64,000 bases of DNA from Escherichia coli (lineage in GTDB: Bacteria; Pseudomonadota; Gammaproteobacteria; Enterobacterales; Enterobacteriaceae): the NCBI RefSeq assembly GCF_003334385.1, contig NZ_QOWN01000026.1; one strand, 5' to 3'. Shown one piece after another: positions 12,217-24,707 of this stretch (positions within the stretch are counted from its first letter, which is position 1; the number at the start of each line of letters is the position of its first letter). Below the pieces are notes generated by a model, which was not told the origin of the DNA, ran no database searches, and worked only from the letters and a program-made list of their open reading frames with translations. The translations under genes were made by a program, and so were the position numbers.

Positions 12217-12699
12217 ATGATAAAGCACCTGGTAGCACCCCTGGTTTTCACCTCACTAATACTGACTGGCTGCCAGTCCCCTCAGGGAAAGTTTACTCCT
12301 GAGCAAGTCGCCGCTATGCAATCTTATGGATTTACTGAATCCGCCGGCGACTGGTCGCTGGGCTTATCAGATGCCATTCTGTTCGCAAAAAATGACTACA
12401 AATTGCTCCCGGAAAGCCAGCAACAGATCCAAACCATGGCAGCTAAATTGGCCTCGACAGGGCTAACACATGCCCGTATGGATGGACACACCGATAACTA
12501 TGGTGAAGACAGTTACAACGAAGGCTTATCATTGAAACGGGCGAATGTCGTGGCCGATGCATGGGCTATGGGTGGACAAATTCCACGCAGCAATCTCACC
12601 ACACAGGGTTTAGGAAAAAAATATCCCATAGCCAGTAACAAGACCGCCCAGGGCCGCGCCGAGAACCGCCGCGTCGCAGTGGTGATTACTACCCCTTAA
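12217..12699 (+). CDS. yfiB: OmpA-family outer-membrane lipoprotein YfiB
   Basis: 160-aa ORF with lipobox (LTGCQS) and OmpA-like C-terminus. Confidence 0.9.
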   Translation: MIKHLVAPLVFTSLILTGCQSPQGKFTPEQVAAMQSYGFTESAGDWSLGLSDAILFAKNDYKLLPESQQQIQTMAAKLASTGLTHARMDGHTDNYGEDSYNEGLSLKRANVVADAWAMGGQIPRSNLTTQGLGKKYPIASNKTAQGRAENRRVAVVITTP

Positions 12700-12716
12700 A
12701 ACACCAGCAAACAGAT

Positions 12717-12752
12717 AAAAAAGGGCCAGCCAATTGGCCAGCCCTTCTTAAC
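12717..12752. terminator. Bidirectional terminator between yfiB and rplS
   Basis: Palindrome AAGGGCCAGCC-AATT-GGCCAGCCCTT. Confidence 0.7.
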
Positions 12753-12774
12753 AGGATGTCGCTTAAGCGAAATC

Positions 12775-13125
<351 letters not shown>

Positions 13126-13163
13126 TTAATCTCTTATCCTGGGTAAACTGATATCTCGGGGGC

Positions 13164-13931
13164 TTACGCCATCCCATCATGTTTATGTTGCTGTTGTGCG
13201 TGTTCCGTTTTGAACTCCGCCAGCAACCTTGCTTGCTCTTCAGTCAGAGCCAGGTTTTCCAGAAGTTCAGGTCTTCTAAGCCAGGTACGGCCCAGCGACT
13301 GTTTCAAACGCCAGCGACGTATCTCGGCATGGTTGCCCGACAGTAACACTGGCGGAACTTCCATCCCTTCTAACACCTCAGGCCGCGTATAGTGCGGGCA
13401 ATCCAGCAATCCTTCAGCAAAGGAATCTTCCGTTGCCGAGGCTTCATGTCCCAGTACTCCCGGAATAAACCGGGAAACGGAGTCAATCAGCGTCATTGCT
13501 GGTAACTCACCACCACTGAGAACGTAATCGCCGATTGACCATTCTTCGTCAATTTCGGTTTGGATCACGCGCTCATCTATACCTTCGTAGCGACCGCACA
13601 CCAGAATCAATTTTTGATTCGTTGCCAGTTCGCTGACGCCCGCTTGATCAAGCTTGCGTCCCTGTGGTGACAGATAAATCACCTTTGCGCCTTCACCCGC
13701 CGCGGCTTTTGCTGCATGAATGGCGTCCCGCAAGGGTTGCACCATCATTAACATCCCCGGTCCGCCGCCGTAAGGACGATCGTCCACGGTACGGTGCCGG
13801 TCATGCGTGAAGTCGCGAGGACTCCAGCTCTGGATGCTCAGCAGGCCATTTTTAACTGCCCGGCCAGTTACCCCGTAATCGGTAATTGCGCGGAACATTT
13901 CAGGAAACAGGCTAATTATGCCAATCCACAT
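13164..13931 (-). CDS. trmD: tRNA (m1G37) methyltransferase
   Basis: 255-aa ORF recognised as TrmD. Confidence 0.97.
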
Positions 13932-13961
13932 AGCGCCGTCTTTTACCGTTTATCCGGTGGT

Positions 13962-14510
13962 TTAAAAACCAGGATCCCAATCTACTTCGATTGAACGAGT
14001 AGTGAGATCGACTTTCTTGATAACCTGCCCATCGAGGAACGGTACGAGACGTTCCTTGATACCAAACGCATCTTTCAGGTTTGCCTTAATGACGAGAACG
14101 TCATTAGATCCGGTTTCCATCATATCGACGACTTTACCGAGATCGTAGCCTTCAGTGGTTACTACCTGGCAGCCCATCAGGTCTTTCCAGTAGTAGTCCC
14201 CCTCTTCAAGCTGAGGCAGCTGCGATGAATCCACGACAATTTCACAATTCGTCAGCAGGTTCGCCGCATCACGATCGTCAACGCCTTTCAGCTTGATGAT
14301 CATGTCCTGATTGTGGTGCTTCCAGCTTTCCAGCTGGACTTGCTGCCACTGACCCGCCTTCTGGATAAACCAGGGCTGATAGTCAAAAATGCTTTCGGCG
14401 TCTTCGGTGGAAGAAAACACTCTGAGCCACCCACGAATACCGTAAGACGAACCCATTTTTCCCAAAACGATGGGATCAACAGGTGCTTGCGCGGTGAGTT
14501 GTTTGCTCAT
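13962..14510 (-). CDS. rimM: Ribosome maturation factor RimM
   Basis: ORF 13962-14519; start placed at MSKQLTAQ to give 182 aa. Confidence 0.93.
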
Positions 14511-14528
14511 CATGACCACCGTGACAGA

Positions 14529-14855
<327 letters not shown>

Positions 14856-15025
14856 TTACTCATTTTTGCGGGAATTGCAATCAACAGTTGCTAACTCTGC
14901 TGTAAAAGGCCGTCGGCGGTGCAGCCAGTTTGGTGCCGGAGTGCGCGCAGTCACCGGAGCGTACACGCAGTACGTGAGGATGACGAGCACATCCCGGTGC
15001 CAAAATGGCAAACAAGCCAGGCCGA

Positions 15026-16387
15026 TTAGCGACCAGGGAAGCCTGGGGGCATCATACCCTTCATGCTTCTCATCATCTTCGCCATTCCGCCCTTCTTCAT
15101 TTTCTTCATCATGCGCTGCATGTCGTCGAACTGTTTCAGAAGACGGTTAACGTCCTGCACCTGCATACCGCAACCGGCAGCAATACGGCGTTTACGCGAA
15201 CCTTTGATGATTTCTGGCTTAGCGCGCTCTTTCATCGTCATCGAGTTGATGATGGCTTCCATACGCACCAGCACTTTATCGTCCATCTGTGACTTGACGT
15301 TATCCGGGATCTGCCCCATGCCCGGCAGCTTGCCCATCAGACTAGCCATGCCGCCCATATTTTTCATCTGGCGCAGCTGCTCAAGAAAGTCGTTGAGATC
15401 GAAGCCGTCACCTTTTTTCAGCTTGCTGGCTAATTTCTCTGCCTGCGCGCGGTCAACTTTGCTTTCGATATCTTCGATCAGCGACAGTACGTCGCCCATG
15501 CCGAGAATACGCGACGCGATGCGGTCCGGATGGAACGGCTCCAGCGCCTCAGTTTTCTCGCCAACACCGAGGAACTTGATCGGTTTGCCAGTGATGTGAC
15601 GAATAGAGAGCGCCGCACCGCCGCGGGCATCGCCGTCCACTTTGGTCAACACTACGCCGGTAAGCGGTAACGCTTCATTGAATGCTTTTGCCGTATTGGC
15701 CGCATCCTGACCGGTCATGGCGTCAACCACAAACAGGGTTTCAACCGGGTTAATCGACGCATGGACTTGTTTGATCTCGTCCATCATCGCTTCGTCAACG
15801 TGCAGACGACCAGCGGTATCCACCAGCAGCACGTCGTAGAATTTCAGTTTGGCTTCTTTCAGCGCCGCGTTAACGATATCTACCGGCTTCTGACCAACAT
15901 CAGAAGGGAAGAAATCAACGCCCACCTGCTCTGCCAGCGTCTCAAGCTGTTTGATTGCCGCCGGGCGATAAACGTCGGCAGAAACCACCAGCACTTTCTT
16001 CTTGTGCTTCTCGCGCAGGAACTTACCGAGTTTACCAACGCTGGTTGTTTTACCGGCACCTTGCAGGCCCGCCATCAGTACGACCGCAGGCGGTTGCGCA
16101 GCCAGGTTCAGGGTCTGGTTCTCTTCGCCCATCGCCGCAACCAGTTCGTTACGGACTATTTTGACGAACTCCTGCCCCGGCGTCAGGCTCTTATTAACTT
16201 CATGACCAACCGCTTTCTCTTTTACGCGATTGATAAACTCACGCACTACCGGCAGAGCTACGTCCGCCTCCAGCAGCGCCATGCGCACTTCGCGCAGCGT
16301 ATCTTTTACGTTGTCTTCAGTGAGGCGTCCACGGCCACTGATATTGCGCAGCGTGCGCGACAAACGATCGGTTAAATTATCAAACAT
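15026..16387 (-). CDS. ffh: Signal recognition particle protein Ffh
   Basis: 453-aa ORF with SRP54-type GTPase motifs (GLQGAGKTT) and Met-rich C-terminal M domain. Confidence 0.97.
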   Translation of the reverse strand: MFDNLTDRLSRTLRNISGRGRLTEDNVKDTLREVRMALLEADVALPVVREFINRVKEKAVGHEVNKSLTPGQEFVKIVRNELVAAMGEENQTLNLAAQPPAVVLMAGLQGAGKTTSVGKLGKFLREKHKKKVLVVSADVYRPAAIKQLETLAEQVGVDFFPSDVGQKPVDIVNAALKEAKLKFYDVLLVDTAGRLHVDEAMMDEIKQVHASINPVETLFVVDAMTGQDAANTAKAFNEALPLTGVVLTKVDGDARGGAALSIRHITGKPIKFLGVGEKTEALEPFHPDRIASRILGMGDVLSLIEDIESKVDRAQAEKLASKLKKGDGFDLNDFLEQLRQMKNMGGMASLMGKLPGMGQIPDNVKSQMDDKVLVRMEAIINSMTMKERAKPEIIKGSRKRRIAAGCGMQVQDVNRLLKQFDDMQRMMKKMKKGGMAKMMRSMKGMMPPGFPGR

Positions 16388-16553
16388 TGTCTCTCGCCTG
16401 GGGTGGAAACGGTTGGCCGCAATCGCGACACATCATCAGTATTTTGCCGCAGTATAACATGAAGGCGTCTTTGTTGTTATGCAACGGTTGGAGCAGCGTT
16501 CACCTGACGCTATACTGCTTCTCTTTCTTATTGCTCAAACTGTCGACATCACT

Positions 16554-17345
16554 ATGCCCGTTTTTGCTCTGCTCGCGCTTGTCGCCTACTCCGTCAGTCT
16601 TGCGCTGATTGTTCCCGGTCTGCTGCAAAAAAACGGCGGCTGGCGGCGCATGGCTATTATTTCTGCGGTCATTGCGCTGGTCTGCCACGCAATCGCTCTG
16701 GAAGCCCGCATCCTGCCCGACGGTGATAGCGGACAAAACCTCAGCCTGCTGAACGTTGGTTCATTGGTCAGTTTGATGATCTGTACGGTAATGACCATTG
16801 TGGCTTCTCGCAATCGTGGCTGGCTGCTGCTACCCATTGTCTATGCCTTTGCGCTTATCAACCTGGCGCTGGCAACCTTCATGCCCAATGAATACATCAC
16901 CCATCTGGAAGCTACGCCTGGGATGCTGGTGCACATTGGCTTATCGCTCTTTTCCTATGCCACGCTAATTATCGCCGCCCTGTACGCGCTGCAACTGGCG
17001 TGGATTGATTACCAACTGAAGAACAAGAAGCTGGCGTTTAACCAGGAAATGCCGCCATTGATGAGTATCGAGCGTAAAATGTTCCACATCACGCAGATTG
17101 GCGTGGTGCTGCTAACGCTCACGCTTTGCACTGGCCTGTTCTACATGCACAACTTATTTAGCATGGAAAATATCGACAAGGCTGTGCTCTCTATCGTGGC
17201 GTGGTTTGTCTATATTGTGCTGCTGTGGGGACATTATCATGAAGGATGGCGTGGACGCCGCGTCGTCTGGTTTAACGTTGCGGGCGCGGTAATTCTGACA
17301 CTGGCCTACTTCGGCAGCCGAATTGTCCAGCAGTTAATCAGCTAA
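16554..17345 (+). CDS. ypjD: Inner-membrane protein YpjD (CcsA-like)
   Basis: ORF 16479-17345; start placed at internal MPVFALLALVAY; multiple TM helices. Confidence 0.85.
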   Translation: MPVFALLALVAYSVSLALIVPGLLQKNGGWRRMAIISAVIALVCHAIALEARILPDGDSGQNLSLLNVGSLVSLMICTVMTIVASRNRGWLLLPIVYAFALINLALATFMPNEYITHLEATPGMLVHIGLSLFSYATLIIAALYALQLAWIDYQLKNKKLAFNQEMPPLMSIERKMFHITQIGVVLLTLTLCTGLFYMHNLFSMENIDKAVLSIVAWFVYIVLLWGHYHEGWRGRRVVWFNVAGAVILTLAYFGSRIVQQLIS

Positions 17346-17365
17346 ACCCAGAAAAGGAGTTTCCC

Positions 17366-18652
17366 CTGGAACACATTTCTACTACTACGTTGATCATTAT
17401 TCTGATCATCATGGTGGTCATTTCAGCCTATTTTTCCGGGTCCGAAACCGGAATGATGACCCTCAACCGCTATCGTCTGCGACATATGGCGAAACAGGGT
17501 AATCGCTCGGCCAAACGCGTCGAAAAATTGCTGCGTAAGCCAGACCGCCTGATAAGCCTGGTGTTAATCGGCAATAACCTGGTCAATATTCTTGCCTCCG
17601 CGCTCGGCACTATTGTTGGGATGCGTTTGTACGGCAATGCGGGCGTGGCAATTGCGACTGGTGTGCTGACTTTTGTCGTACTGGTATTTGCTGAGGTATT
17701 GCCGAAAACCATTGCCGCGCTGTACCCGGAAAAAGTCGCTTATCCGAGTAGTTTTCTGCTGGCTCCGCTGCAAATTTTGATGATGCCGCTGGTCTGGTTG
17801 CTGAATGCTATCACCCGTATGCTGATGCGCATGATGGGTATCAAAACCGATATCGTGGTTAGCGGCTCTTTGAGCAAAGAAGAGTTGCGCACTATCGTGC
17901 ACGAATCACGCTCACAAATTTCCCGTCGCAATCAGGATATGCTGCTGTCGGTGCTCGATCTGGAAAAAATGACCGTTGATGACATCATGGTGCCGCGCAG
18001 TGAAATTATCGGTATTGATATCAACGATGACTGGAAATCGATTCTGCGCCAACTCTCCCACTCACCTCACGGGCGCATCGTGCTCTACCGTGATTCGCTG
18101 GACGACGCCATCAGTATGCTGCGAGTACGTGAAGCCTGGCGGTTGATGTCGGAGAAAAAAGAGTTCACCAAAGAAACCATGCTGCGCGCCGCGGACGAGA
18201 TCTATTTTGTGCCGGAAGGTACGCCGCTCAGCACGCAGTTGGTAAAGTTTCAGCGCAACAAAAAGAAAGTCGGCCTGGTCGTCAACGAGTATGGAGACAT
18301 TCAGGGGCTGGTGACGGTTGAAGATATTCTGGAAGAGATTGTCGGCGATTTCACTACGTCGATGTCGCCAACACTTGCCGAAGAGGTCACGCCGCAAAAC
18401 GACGGTTCGGTGATTATCGATGGCACCGCCAACGTGCGGGAAATCAACAAAGCCTTTAACTGGCATCTACCGGAAGATGATGCCCGCACGGTTAATGGCG
18501 TCATTCTTGAGGCACTGGAAGAGATCCCTGTCGCAGGCACCCGCGTGCGTATTGGCGAGTACGATATCGATATTCTCGACGTACAGGACAATATGATTAA
18601 GCAGGTAAAAGTTTTTCCTGTGAAACCGCTGCGCGAGAGTGTGGCGGAGTAA
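17366..18652 (+). CDS. yfjD: CorC/HlyC-family membrane protein with CBS domains (YfjD)
   Basis: ORF track starts at TTG 17390 (420 aa). AAGGAG at 17353-17358 sits 7 nt upstream of an in-frame CTG at 17366, which would give 428 aa. Confidence 0.85.
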   Translation: MEHISTTTLIIILIIMVVISAYFSGSETGMMTLNRYRLRHMAKQGNRSAKRVEKLLRKPDRLISLVLIGNNLVNILASALGTIVGMRLYGNAGVAIATGVLTFVVLVFAEVLPKTIAALYPEKVAYPSSFLLAPLQILMMPLVWLLNAITRMLMRMMGIKTDIVVSGSLSKEELRTIVHESRSQISRRNQDMLLSVLDLEKMTVDDIMVPRSEIIGIDINDDWKSILRQLSHSPHGRIVLYRDSLDDAISMLRVREAWRLMSEKKEFTKETMLRAADEIYFVPEGTPLSTQLVKFQRNKKKVGLVVNEYGDIQGLVTVEDILEEIVGDFTTSMSPTLAEEVTPQNDGSVIIDGTANVREINKAFNWHLPEDDARTVNGVILEALEEIPVAGTRVRIGEYDIDILDVQDNMIKQVKVFPVKPLRESVAE

Positions 18653-18654
18653 CG

Positions 18655-18700
18655 AAAACGGCCCGGCATTCGCATGCAGGGCCGTGAATTATTACGAAAG
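18655..18700. terminator. Terminator between convergent yfjD and grpE
   Basis: Hairpin ACGGCCC...GGGCCGT between the two stop codons. Confidence 0.55.
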
Positions 18701-18706
18701 CAGAAA

Positions 18707-19333
<627 letters not shown>

Positions 19334-19345
19334 CTAACTTCGCTT

Positions 19346-19377
19346 ATTATGGGGATCAGTTTCAGGGTTTCAAGGGA
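19346..19377 (-). promoter_or_regulatory. sigma32 heat-shock promoter of grpE
   Basis: Minus strand reads CCCTTGAAA (-35) ... CCCCATAAT (-10), a close match to sigma32 consensus. Confidence 0.75.
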
Positions 19378-19422
19378 AGCACTCACATTGTCATCAATCT
19401 TCGCAACAAGGACCTCGGAAAA

Positions 19423-20301
19423 ATGAATAATCATTTCAAGTGTATTGGCATTGTGGGACACCCACGGCACCCCACTGCACTGACAACACATGAAATGCTC
19501 TACCGCTGGCTGTGCACAAAAGGTTACGAGGTCATCGTTGAGCAACAAATCGCTCACGAACTGCAACTGAAGAATGTGAAAACTGGCACGCTCGCGGAGA
19601 TTGGGCAACTAGCTGATCTCGCGGTAGTCGTTGGTGGCGACGGTAATATGCTGGGCGCGGCACGCACACTCGCCCGTTACGATATTAAAGTTATTGGAAT
19701 CAACCGTGGCAACCTGGGTTTCCTGACTGACCTTGACCCCGATAACGCCCAGCAACAGTTAGCCGATGTGCTGGAAGGCCACTACATCAGCGAGAAACGT
19801 TTTTTGCTGGAAGCGCAAGTCTGTCAGCAAGATTGCCAGAAACGCATCAGCACCGCGATAAATGAAGTGGTGCTTCATCCAGGCAAAGTGGCGCATATGA
19901 TTGAGTTCGAAGTGTATATCGACGAGATCTTTGCGTTTTCTCAGCGATCTGATGGACTAATTATTTCGACGCCAACAGGCTCCACCGCCTATTCCCTCTC
20001 TGCAGGCGGTCCTATTCTGACCCCCTCTCTGGATGCGATTACCCTGGTGCCCATGTTCCCGCATACGTTGTCAGCACGACCACTGGTCATAAACAGCAGC
20101 AGCACGATCCGTCTGCGTTTTTCGCATCGCCGTAACGACCTGGAAATCAGTTGCGACAGCCAGATAGCACTGCCGATTCAGGAAGGTGAAGATGTCCTGA
20201 TTCGTCGCTGTGATTACCATCTGAATCTGATTCATCCGAAAGATTACAGTTATTTCAACACATTAAGCACCAAGCTCGGCTGGTCAAAAAAATTATTCTA
20301 A
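19423..20301 (+). CDS. nadK: NAD kinase
   Basis: 292-aa ORF with GGDGN motif. Confidence 0.95.
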
Positions 20302-20318
20302 TTTTACGCCAGCCTCTT

Positions 20319-20360
20319 TACTGTATATAAAACCAGTTTATACTGTACACAATAACAGTA
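20319..20360 (+). promoter_or_regulatory. LexA (SOS) boxes in the recN promoter
   Basis: TACTGTATATAAAACCAGT at 20319-20337 and TACTGTACACAATAACAGTA at 20341-20360 (CTGT-N8-ACAG). Confidence 0.8.
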
Positions 20361-20386
20361 ATGGTTTTTCATACAGGAAAACGACT

Positions 20387-22048
20387 ATGTTGGCACAACT
20401 GACCATCAGCAACTTTGCTATCGTTCGTGAGCTTGAGATTGATTTTCATAGCGGCATGACCGTAATAACTGGCGAGACCGGCGCGGGTAAATCTATTGCA
20501 ATAGATGCCCTCGGTCTTTGTCTCGGTGGTCGCGCTGAAGCCGACATGGTGCGTACCGGCGCTGCTCGCGCTGACCTGTGCGCCCGTTTTTCTCTGAAAG
20601 ATACGCCAGCGGCTCTGCGCTGGCTGGAAGAAAACCAGCTTGAAGACGGGCATGAATGTTTGCTTCGTCGCGTGATCAGCAGCGATGGTCGCTCCCGTGG
20701 TTTCATCAACGGTACAGCTGTTCCTCTGTCACAACTGCGCGAACTGGGTCAGTTGCTGATTCAGATCCATGGTCAGCACGCTCATCAATTACTCACCAAA
20801 CCTGAGCACCAAAAATTCCTGCTTGATGGCTATGCCAATGAAACCTCTCTACTGCAGGAAATGACCGCACGTTATCAGTTGTGGCATCAAAGCTGCCGTG
20901 ACCTCGCGCATCATCAACAGTTAAGTCAGGAACGCGCCGCCCGTGCGGAACTGCTGCAATACCAATTAAAAGAACTTAACGAATTTAATCCGCAGCCCGG
21001 AGAGTTTGAACAAATCGACGAAGAGTACAAACGTCTGGCGAACAGCGGTCAATTGCTGACCACCAGCCAGAATGCATTGGCATTAATGGCCGACGGTGAA
21101 GACGCAAACCTGCAAAGTCAGCTTTACACGGCTAAACAACTGGTGAGCGAATTGATTGGCATGGACAGCAAACTGTCCGGCGTACTTGATATGCTGGAAG
21201 AAGCTACCATCCAGATTGCTGAAGCCAGCGATGAACTGCGCCACTACTGCGATCGTCTGGATCTCGATCCCAACCGACTATTTGAACTTGAACAGCGCAT
21301 CTCAAAACAGATTTCGCTGGCACGTAAACATCACGTCAGCCCTGAGGCATTGCCACAGTATTACCAGTCGCTACTGGAAGAACAGCAGCAACTGGACGAT
21401 CAGGCCGACTCACAAGAAACGCTTGCGCTGGCGGTAACGAAACATCATCAGCAGGCACTGGAAATCGCGCGCGCATTACACCAACAACGCCAGCAATATG
21501 CAGAAGAACTTGCACAGCTGATCACCGACAGTATGCATGCGCTCTCAATGCCGCATGGGCAGTTTACGATCGATGTTAAATTTGACGAGCATCACCTGGG
21601 CGCTGACGGTGCCGATCGTATTGAGTTTCGGGTAACCACCAACCCAGGTCAGCCAATGCAGCCTATTGCCAAAGTCGCATCCGGTGGTGAATTGTCCCGC
21701 ATCGCACTGGCAATCCAGGTCATCACGGCGCGTAAAATGGAAACCCCGGCACTGATTTTTGATGAAGTGGATGTAGGGATTAGCGGTCCAACAGCGGCAG
21801 TTGTCGGCAAACTGCTGCGTCAACTCGGCGAATCAACTCAGGTGATGTGTGTTACCCACCTGCCACAAGTCGCGGGATGTGGTCATCAACACTATTTTGT
21901 CAGCAAAGAAACCGATGGTGCGATGACAGAAACGCATATGCAATCCCTGAATAAAAAAGCGCGGTTACAAGAGCTGGCGCGCCTGCTTGGTGGCAGTGAA
22001 GTCACACGTAATACACTGGCGAATGCGAAAGAACTGCTTGCAGCGTAA
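20387..22048 (+). CDS. recN: DNA repair protein RecN (SMC-like ATPase)
   Basis: 553-aa ORF with Walker A (GETGAGKS), recognised as RecN. Confidence 0.97.
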
Positions 22049-22196
22049 ACTTTTTTCCTGCTTCACGGTCAGAGTAAACAGCAAAACGCCGTAAGACCGG
22101 AAAGCAAAAGGTTTTAAAGTGATGAAAGGTCTATTATCATCGGCATATTACAGATGAGCCACGTACTGCTCGGGCCCGAAAAGGAATCAAATCACT

Positions 22197-22538
22197 ATGC
22201 GCTGTAAAACGCTGACTGCTGCAGCAGCAGTACTATTGATGTTGACCGCAGGCTGTTCCACTCTGGAGCGAGTGGTTTACCGTCCTGACATCAACCAGGG
22301 GAACTATCTGACCGCTAACGACGTATCCAAAATACGTGTTGGCATGACGCAACAACAAGTTGCGTACGCATTGGGTACACCGCTGATGTCCGATCCATTT
22401 GGTACGAATACCTGGTTCTATGTCTTCCGCCAGCAACCAGGTCATGAAGGTGTAACTCAGCAAACGCTGACGCTGACCTTTAACAGTAGCGGTGTGTTGA
22501 CCAATATTGATAACAAACCTGCGCTGAGTGGTAACTAA
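22197..22538 (+). CDS. bamE: Outer-membrane protein assembly factor BamE
   Basis: 113-aa ORF with lipobox (LTAGCS), recognised as BamE/SmpA. Confidence 0.93.
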
Positions 22539-22562
22539 TAATAAAGTTGCTCTCAAAGACGT

Positions 22563-22595
22563 TAAAAAAGGTGCTCAATGAGCACCTTTTTTCTG
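22563..22595. terminator. Bidirectional terminator between bamE and ratB
   Basis: Palindrome AAAAAAGGTGCTC-AATGA-GCACCTTTTTT. Confidence 0.75.
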
Positions 22596-22599
22596 TCTG

Positions 22600-22890
22600 T
22601 TATTTATTCGCTGATTTTTCTGCTCGTTGCCTGCGAAGCTCTTTCGGATCGGCAATGAGAGGGCGATAAATCTCCACCCGATCGCCATCATGCACACTAT
22701 CGCTTAGTTTTGCCGGACGGCTGTAAATGCCGACTTTGTTTTTAGTTAAATCGATATCGGTACGCAATTCCAGCAAGCCACTGGCGCGAATAGCTTCTTC
22801 AACCGTCGCGCCCTCCTGCAGCGTCACTCGCTGCAGGTACTGCTTCTCAGGTAGCGCATAAGCCACCTCAACGGCAATTTTACCTGGCAC
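22600..22890 (-). CDS. ratB: RatB (YfjF, UPF0125 RnfH-like protein)
   Basis: ORF track gives 124 aa; start placed at in-frame GTG 22890 (VPGKIAVEV...) to give 96 aa. Confidence 0.8.
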
Positions 22891-23356
22891 TGTAAACCTC
22901 TTTCGCACGAACCGTAAAAGCCTGGACCATATTAGCCGCCAGCTCTTTAAACACGCGACCAAAGGCGAGTTCAATCAACTTATTGGTAAACTCAAAGTCG
23001 AGATGAAACTCGATACGACACGCCTCCTGGCTCAGCGGCGTAAACTTCCATCCACCAATCAATTTCTTGAACGGCCCATCCACCAGATTCATAAGAATAC
23101 TTTGGTTACTGGTCAACTGGTTGCGGGTAGTAAACGTTTTGCTGATCCCAGCCTTAGAGACATCTACCGCCGCAGTCATCTGCCCAGGAGTGGACTCCAG
23201 AATCCGACTTCCGGTACAACCCGGCAAAAACTGAGGATAAGACTGAACGTCATTCACTAACTGATACATTTGCTCCGCGCTGTAGGGTACCAGTGCGGTC
23301 CGGCTAATCTGAGGCATAACAATTTCCATCAACAAAAATCCAACAAATAATATCAT
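22880..23356 (-). CDS. ratA: Ribosome-association toxin RatA (SRPBCC fold)
   Basis: 158-aa ORF recognised as RatA/YfjG; its stop overlaps the proposed ratB start by 11 nt. Confidence 0.9.
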   Translation of the reverse strand: MILFVGFLLMEIVMPQISRTALVPYSAEQMYQLVNDVQSYPQFLPGCTGSRILESTPGQMTAAVDVSKAGISKTFTTRNQLTSNQSILMNLVDGPFKKLIGGWKFTPLSQEACRIEFHLDFEFTNKLIELAFGRVFKELAANMVQAFTVRAKEVYSAR

Positions 23357-23487
23357 TTATCCTGCTGTAAAAAAAACGCTATCCCGGCGCTGGGTAACAT
23401 CGGGTTCATGCTAAGATAGAGCCTTGTCCCCCGCAGGATTGATATGGGGTGTTTTCGATTTCAGATTACCGATGATTCACGACGCTT

Positions 23488-23970
23488 ATGACGAAGAAAA
23501 AAGCACATAAACCTGGTTCAGCGACCATCGCGCTTAACAAGCGCGCCCGTCACGAATACTTTATCGAAGAAGAGTTCGAAGCGGGACTTGCCCTGCAAGG
23601 CTGGGAAGTTAAATCCCTGCGCGCAGGAAAAGCCAATATCAGCGACAGCTACGTCCTTCTGCGTGACGGAGAGGCATTTCTGTTTGGCGCTAACATCACG
23701 CCAATGGCCGTGGCCTCCACGCATGTGGTGTGCGATCCTACCCGTACCCGCAAGTTACTTCTCAACCAGCGCGAACTGGACTCATTGTACGGTCGCGTCA
23801 ATCGAGAAGGCTATACCGTAGTGGCGCTCTCCCTGTACTGGAAAAATGCCTGGTGCAAAGTGAAAATCGGCGTCGCCAAAGGTAAGAAACAGCACGATAA
23901 ACGTTCAGATATCAAAGAGCGCGAATGGCAGGTGGATAAAGCACGTATCATGAAAAACGCCCACCGTTAA
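23488..23970 (+). CDS. smpB: SsrA-binding protein SmpB
   Basis: 160-aa ORF recognised as SmpB. Confidence 0.97.
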
Positions 23971-24184
23971 ACCTGCACTCCAATTATTGACCAGTTCCTC
24001 ACCGCGCCTCCCTCTCCGGCGGCGCGAATGAACATCTTATTGGCTATCACATCCGACACAAATGTTGCCATCCCATTGCTTAATCGAATAAAAATCAGGC
24101 TACATGGGTGCTAAATCTTTAACGATAACGCCATTGAGGCTGGTCATGGCGCTCATAAATCTGGTATACTTACCTTTACACATT

Positions 24185-24547
24185 GGGGCTGATTCTGGAT
24201 TCGACGGGATTTGCGAAACCCAAGGTGCATGCCGAGGGGCGGTTGGCCTCGTAAAAAGCCGCAAAAAATAGTCGCAAACGACGAAAACTACGCTTTAGCA
24301 GCTTAATAACCTGCTTAGAGCCCTCTCTCCCTAGCCTCCGCTCTTAGGACGGGGATCAAGAGAGGTCAAACCCAAAAGAGATCGCGTGGAAGCCCTGCCT
24401 GGGGTTGAAGCGTTAAAACTTAATCAGGCTAGTTTGTTAGTGGCGTGTCCGTCCGCAGCTGGCAAGCGAATGTAAAGACTGACTAAGCATGTAGTACCGA
24501 GGATGTAGGAATTTCGGACGCGGGTTCAACTCCCGCCAGCTCCACCA
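24185..24547 (+). ncRNA. ssrA: tmRNA (transfer-messenger RNA)
   Basis: Starts GGGGCTGATTCTGGATTCGACGGG, ends GGGTTCAACTCCCGCCAGCTCCACCA; tag ORF GCA AAC GAC GAA AAC TAC GCT TTA GCA GCT TAA (ANDENYALAA) at 24274-24306. Confidence 0.97.
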
Positions 24548-24671
24548 ATCATGATTGGACGGTGTAAGGACAACACCAACAAAAACAGGAAGTTAGAAGT
24601 CTCAGCAAAACACCGACCAGACGGTGAGGAGACATAAAAGGATACGCAAAGGAGCCGCGGCTCCTGGTAAC

Positions 24672-24702
24672 ATGAAAGCCCACAGATGTGGGCTTTTTCG
24701 TT
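24672..24702. terminator. Terminator hairpin between ssrA and the 3' end of ypjA
   Basis: Palindrome AAAGCCCACA-GA-TGTGGGCTTTTT just before the ypjA stop at 24708. Confidence 0.7.
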
Positions 24703-24707
24703 GATGG

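Noticed and set aside
10467-12699. yfiR-dgcN-yfiB as a novel signalling module
   Set aside because: Already described as the YfiBNR c-di-GMP regulatory system.
15063-16375. Plus-strand ORFs of 178 aa and 204 aa inside ffh
   Set aside because: Antisense shadow ORFs within a universally conserved gene.
24544-24557. Perfect 14-bp palindrome CCAATCATGATTGG directly after the tmRNA CCA end
   Set aside because: Too short to assign a function; could be a 3'-processing determinant or an att-core remnant, but I cannot support either.
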